From contig JANNWY010000226.1 of NCBI GenBank assembly GCA_031409335.1, positions 1 to 35,564 of the forward strand: a stretch of DNA of 35,564 nucleotides. The letters are read 5' to 3'. Source of the DNA: Chthoniobacteraceae bacterium (GTDB lineage: Bacteria > Verrucomicrobiota > Verrucomicrobiia > Chthoniobacterales > Chthoniobacteraceae). Each line of letters starts with the position of its first letter. Within the stretch, counting starts at the first letter, position 1. The position numbers were made by a program, and so were the translations under genes. This document shows, piece after piece, positions 32,375 through 35,564 of this stretch. The notes under the pieces are model-generated. The model saw only the letters and a program-made list of their open reading frames with translations, ran no database searches and was not told the origin of the DNA.

Positions 32375-34654
32375 CTACTTCGTCGCATTGGCCGCGGTCG
32401 CCGCGGTCGTCAGCTTCACGCCACGCGAGAGGTCCACGAGGTCGGTGAGAACGTTCAGGGCTTCATTGCGCACCGCGTCCACTTCCAGCTTTCCGTCGCC
32501 CGCATCGCTTTCGTCGTCATCGCCGTCGAGATCGACCGCAGTTTCGCTTTTCGGTTCGGGTGTCCCGGACGCATCATTTCCCGCCGTCCCTTTCTTGTCG
32601 TTCCGGACCGGTTGCAATTCAGGTTTGGCCACATTCTCCAAGGTCAGGATGTAGCGCTTCTCGTCGATCGGCTTCAATTCCGCCCGCGCCACTTTCCGCT
32701 TTTCCTTGCGCGCCTTGTCTTCGTCCAACTCGGCTTTCCGCTTGTCAAAATTCAGCGACAGACGGTTCTCCGCGATCCGGTTTTTCGCGAGACTCAGATC
32801 GTCGTTGATGTATTTGAACTCGGGCTCCATGCCGATGCGAATCGCCGAGCGATCCTTCAGCTCTTTCTTGAAAAGCGGCTTCTCCCACTTGTCGAACGGC
32901 TGCGGCGGCACCGTATCGTATGGCAGCGGCCCCTTCAGCGCGGACTCACCGATCTCGGGATGATCGTAGATCGATGGAACGATTAAGTCTGGCTCGACGC
33001 CCTTGAGTTGCGTGGAACCTCCGGCGATTCGGTAGAATTTTTGAATCGTCAATTTCAGCGCGCCCGCCTCATTTCCACCGCTGCGGAGGAATGGCATCAC
33101 TTTTCCAATCTCCAGCATCGACTGCACAGTTCCTTTCCCAAACGTACTCGAGTCGCCGACCACCACGCCGCGACCGTAATCCTGAATCGCCGCCGCAAAA
33201 ATCTCGCTCGCGCTCGCGCTCAAGCGGTTCGTCAGCACCAGCAGCGGCCCGTCATACGCGATCGCCGCTTTGGTATCGCTTTGCACCCGGATCGTCCCAT
33301 TCGGATCTTTGCTCTGCACGACCGGCCCTTTCTTGATGAACAGCCCGGTGAGATTCACCGCCTCATCCAGCAGCCCGCCGCCATTCTTCCGCAGGTCCAT
33401 CACCAAACCCGTGATGTTTTCCTGTTTGAGCCGGTTCAGCAATGCCGTCACATCCTTCGTCGTGCTCTTCGCGTTCGCCGCGCCGGAGTGCTCCATGTCC
33501 GCGTAAAAGGATGGCAGGACGATCCAGCCCAGCCGCTGGACGGTGCCGTCGGGCCGCGTCCGCTCGATGATCTCCGCTTTCGCCTCCTGCTCCTTCAGCT
33601 TCACCTCGTCGCGCTTGATCTCGATCGTCCGCCGCTCCCCGGGATCGGATGCCGCCACCGGCAGCACTTGCAGCCGCACGATCGTGTCCTTCTTCCCGCG
33701 GATCATCTCGACCACCTTGTCGAGCTTCATGTCCACCGTATCCACATACTCCTTGTCGCCCTGCGCCACGGCCGACACCCGATCGCCGACCTTGATCCGA
33801 CCATCTTTGGCCGCCGGACCACCGGGGACCAATTCCATGATCTGCGCGTAGCCGTCTTCCGAACGCAGCACCGCGCCGATCCCCACGAGCGACAGCTTCA
33901 TGTTGATGTAGAAGTTATCGAGCTGGCTCTTGCTCATGTAATCCGAGTGCGGATCGTAGGATTGCGCCAGGATCGTCAGGAAAATCTGCACCACATCCTC
34001 GCGCGATTGCTCACGCAGATTCCGCAGCAGTTGGTCGTAGCGTTTCGTCAGCCGCGTCACCGGATCTTTCACGACTGGCTTCACCTTCTCAGGAGCCTCG
34101 ACCGGTGCGATCGCGACCTTCGATTCCGGCTCGCTCTTGATGATTTTTGCCAGTTGCTCCTGGAGCAATTCCCCCTCGATCCGATCCCTCCAAAGCTGAT
34201 CCGCCTCCGCCTCATTCTTCGGCCACGCCGCCTTCTGGCGGTTCACCTCGATCGCCTTGTCACTCTTGAAATCGTTCTTCGCCTTCAGCAATTCCTTCAC
34301 CTTCGCCACCCGATCTTCCACCCGCTTTTTGTAAAGATCGTAGATCTCGTACGCCGGCTTCGTGCTTCCAAACAGGATCTCATCATCCAGCACCGTCGCG
34401 TATTTCTCGGTGAAAGTGTCCACGTCCTTCTGCGTGAAATAGAGCCGGTTGTAGTCCAGCGCCTCCATGTAATTCTTCAACTGCAACTTCGACATCGTGT
34501 CATCCAGACTGCGGCGGCTGTAATGCATCTTTTCCAGCAGCCGGCCCACCGAAATTTCCACCTCACCCGGATCTGGCGCTTCCGCTCGGAGTTGCGGGAC
34601 GGCGAGGGCAACTGCGGCAGCAAGCGAACACGTGAGAATATTGGAAAAATTCAT
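32375..34654 (-). CDS. prc: Carboxy-terminal processing (tail-specific) protease Prc
   Basis: Signal peptide, YDPHSDY, PDZ (SLVGIGAVL), DLRKNGGG, SASASEI (Ser), FGKGTVQ (Lys), GGSTQLKGV. Confidence 0.96.
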   Translation of the reverse strand: MNFSNILTCSLAAAVALAVPQLRAEAPDPGEVEISVGRLLEKMHYSRRSLDDTMSKLQLKNYMEALDYNRLYFTQKDVDTFTEKYATVLDDEILFGSTKPAYEIYDLYKKRVEDRVAKVKELLKAKNDFKSDKAIEVNRQKAAWPKNEAEADQLWRDRIEGELLQEQLAKIIKSEPESKVAIAPVEAPEKVKPVVKDPVTRLTKRYDQLLRNLREQSREDVVQIFLTILAQSYDPHSDYMSKSQLDNFYINMKLSLVGIGAVLRSEDGYAQIMELVPGGPAAKDGRIKVGDRVSAVAQGDKEYVDTVDMKLDKVVEMIRGKKDTIVRLQVLPVAASDPGERRTIEIKRDEVKLKEQEAKAEIIERTRPDGTVQRLGWIVLPSFYADMEHSGAANAKSTTKDVTALLNRLKQENITGLVMDLRKNGGGLLDEAVNLTGLFIKKGPVVQSKDPNGTIRVQSDTKAAIAYDGPLLVLTNRLSASASEIFAAAIQDYGRGVVVGDSSTFGKGTVQSMLEIGKVMPFLRSGGNEAGALKLTIQKFYRIAGGSTQLKGVEPDLIVPSIYDHPEIGESALKGPLPYDTVPPQPFDKWEKPLFKKELKDRSAIRIGMEPEFKYINDDLSLAKNRIAENRLSLNFDKRKAELDEDKARKEKRKVARAELKPIDEKRYILTLENVAKPELQPVRNDKKGTAGNDASGTPEPKSETAVDLDGDDDESDAGDGKLEVDAVRNEALNVLTDLVDLSRGVKLTTAATAANATK

Positions 34655-34809
34655 CGAATTTTGATTCTTGGGAAACGGTGACGCAAACTGGCAGAAAATG
34701 TTCAAAGCGCAATCAAGTTAGGCGGACGCACGGGCACCGAATCGAAAGCGCGCCCTGTGCCACTCAAGCCTCGACACCATTCATTTCCACTCACACCTTC
34801 CCGCGCCTC

Positions 34810-35424
34810 ATGAAAATCGAAACCTTCACCGGCGGCATTTTCGACACCAATTGCTTCTTCCTGCCAGACAGCGGCATCCTCATCGACGCCCCGCAGGATG
34901 CCGCCGCATGGCTCGCGCGCCGCGGCACGAAAGTGACCACGCTCCTCCTCACCCACGGCCACATCGACCACGTCTGGGACGCCGCCCGCATCCAGCGCGA
35001 ACACCGCTGCCGCGTTGCCTATCACATCGACGGCGAGGAGATGATTTCTGTCCCCGATTTTTTTCTGAAATACGGCTACGGCTGGGAAATCAACCCGGTA
35101 AAACCCGACCAGCGGCTCGATGAAACCGCCTCACAAATCATCGAAGGCATCGACTTCCAAATCCTCCTCGTCCCCGGCCACTGCCCCGGCAGCCTGTGTT
35201 TTCTCGCAAAAGAAGACCGCATCCTTTTCGGCGGCGACGTGCTCTTCGCCGGAGGCGTTGGCCGGTGGGACTTGCCCGGCGGCGACGGCCCGCTGCTCTT
35301 CCACGGCATCCGCGAAAAAGTGTTCAAGCTCGCCGACGACATCACCGTCCTCCCCGGCCACGGCCCCGCCACGAAGATCGGCATCGAGCGCAAAACGAAT
35401 CCCTACGTCGGAGAAGCCGCATAA
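34810..35424 (+). CDS. MBL-fold metallo-hydrolase (glyoxalase II-like)
   Basis: LTHGHIDH, PGHCPGS, GDVLF..GVGRWDLPGGD, PGHGP. Start at ATG 34810. Confidence 0.95.
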   Translation: MKIETFTGGIFDTNCFFLPDSGILIDAPQDAAAWLARRGTKVTTLLLTHGHIDHVWDAARIQREHRCRVAYHIDGEEMISVPDFFLKYGYGWEINPVKPDQRLDETASQIIEGIDFQILLVPGHCPGSLCFLAKEDRILFGGDVLFAGGVGRWDLPGGDGPLLFHGIREKVFKLADDITVLPGHGPATKIGIERKTNPYVGEAA

Positions 35425-35474
35425 TACCACTTCGTTATAGACACTGGAAGAATGAAGTCTAAGGTCGAGCGGTG

Positions 35475-35564
35475 TCAAGACCGCGCCAGCCGATCGACGT
35501 CCACCACCAAGCCGAGCAAGTCCTTGAACAAGAGCGGATAGAACGCACTCCGTGGAAGCTGCAG
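35475..35564 (-). CDS. Possible 3' end of a gene entering from the right edge
   Basis: Open minus frame LQLPRSAFYPLLFKDLLGLVVDVDRLARS* ending at TGA 35475. Too short to identify. Confidence 0.35.
   Translation of the reverse strand: MQLPRSAFYPLLFKDLLGLVVDVDRLARS

Noticed and set aside
8870..34654. ClpC, S8 protease and Prc as one proteolysis cluster
   Set aside because: They are in separate transcription units and compartments, with unrelated genes between them; probably coincidental.

Overview
GC-rich bacterial DNA, most likely Verrucomicrobiota (Chthoniobacterales-like). This is inferred from the LEARIAPA-leader giant proteins, the bamD-lptE pairing, the lack of Shine-Dalgarno sequences and the intergenic repeat types. 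The flanks are housekeeping genes: mgtE (partial), dnaX-ybaB, a peroxiredoxin, an exbB-exbD-tonB-like operon with a Zn-ribbon microprotein, a Zn-ribbon/coiled-coil membrane protein, bamD-lptE, clpC, glycerate kinase-fabD, recO, prc and an MBL hydrolase. The centre (13.6-30.9 kb, minus strand) is a ~17 kb accessory block. It holds a DUF3467 gene, two paralogous giant (2050 and 1619 aa) Gly-rich PGRS-like proteins sharing an N-terminal LEARIAPA leader, and a 1798-aa secreted kexin/furin-like S8 protease. The protease appears to have lost its Arg-binding S1 aspartate along with its dibasic self-cleavage site (KR->KM). All three giants carry domains inserted inside other domains, including a nested array of ~85-aa repeats. 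This block is the best candidate for an undescribed surface-protein export/processing system. Other notable points are an ExbD with a natural Asp->Asn at the essential TM residue, repeated leaderless-type sigma70 promoters, a sigma54 motif before clpC, and several REP-like palindromes. All calls come from reading the sequence by eye; no searches were run.
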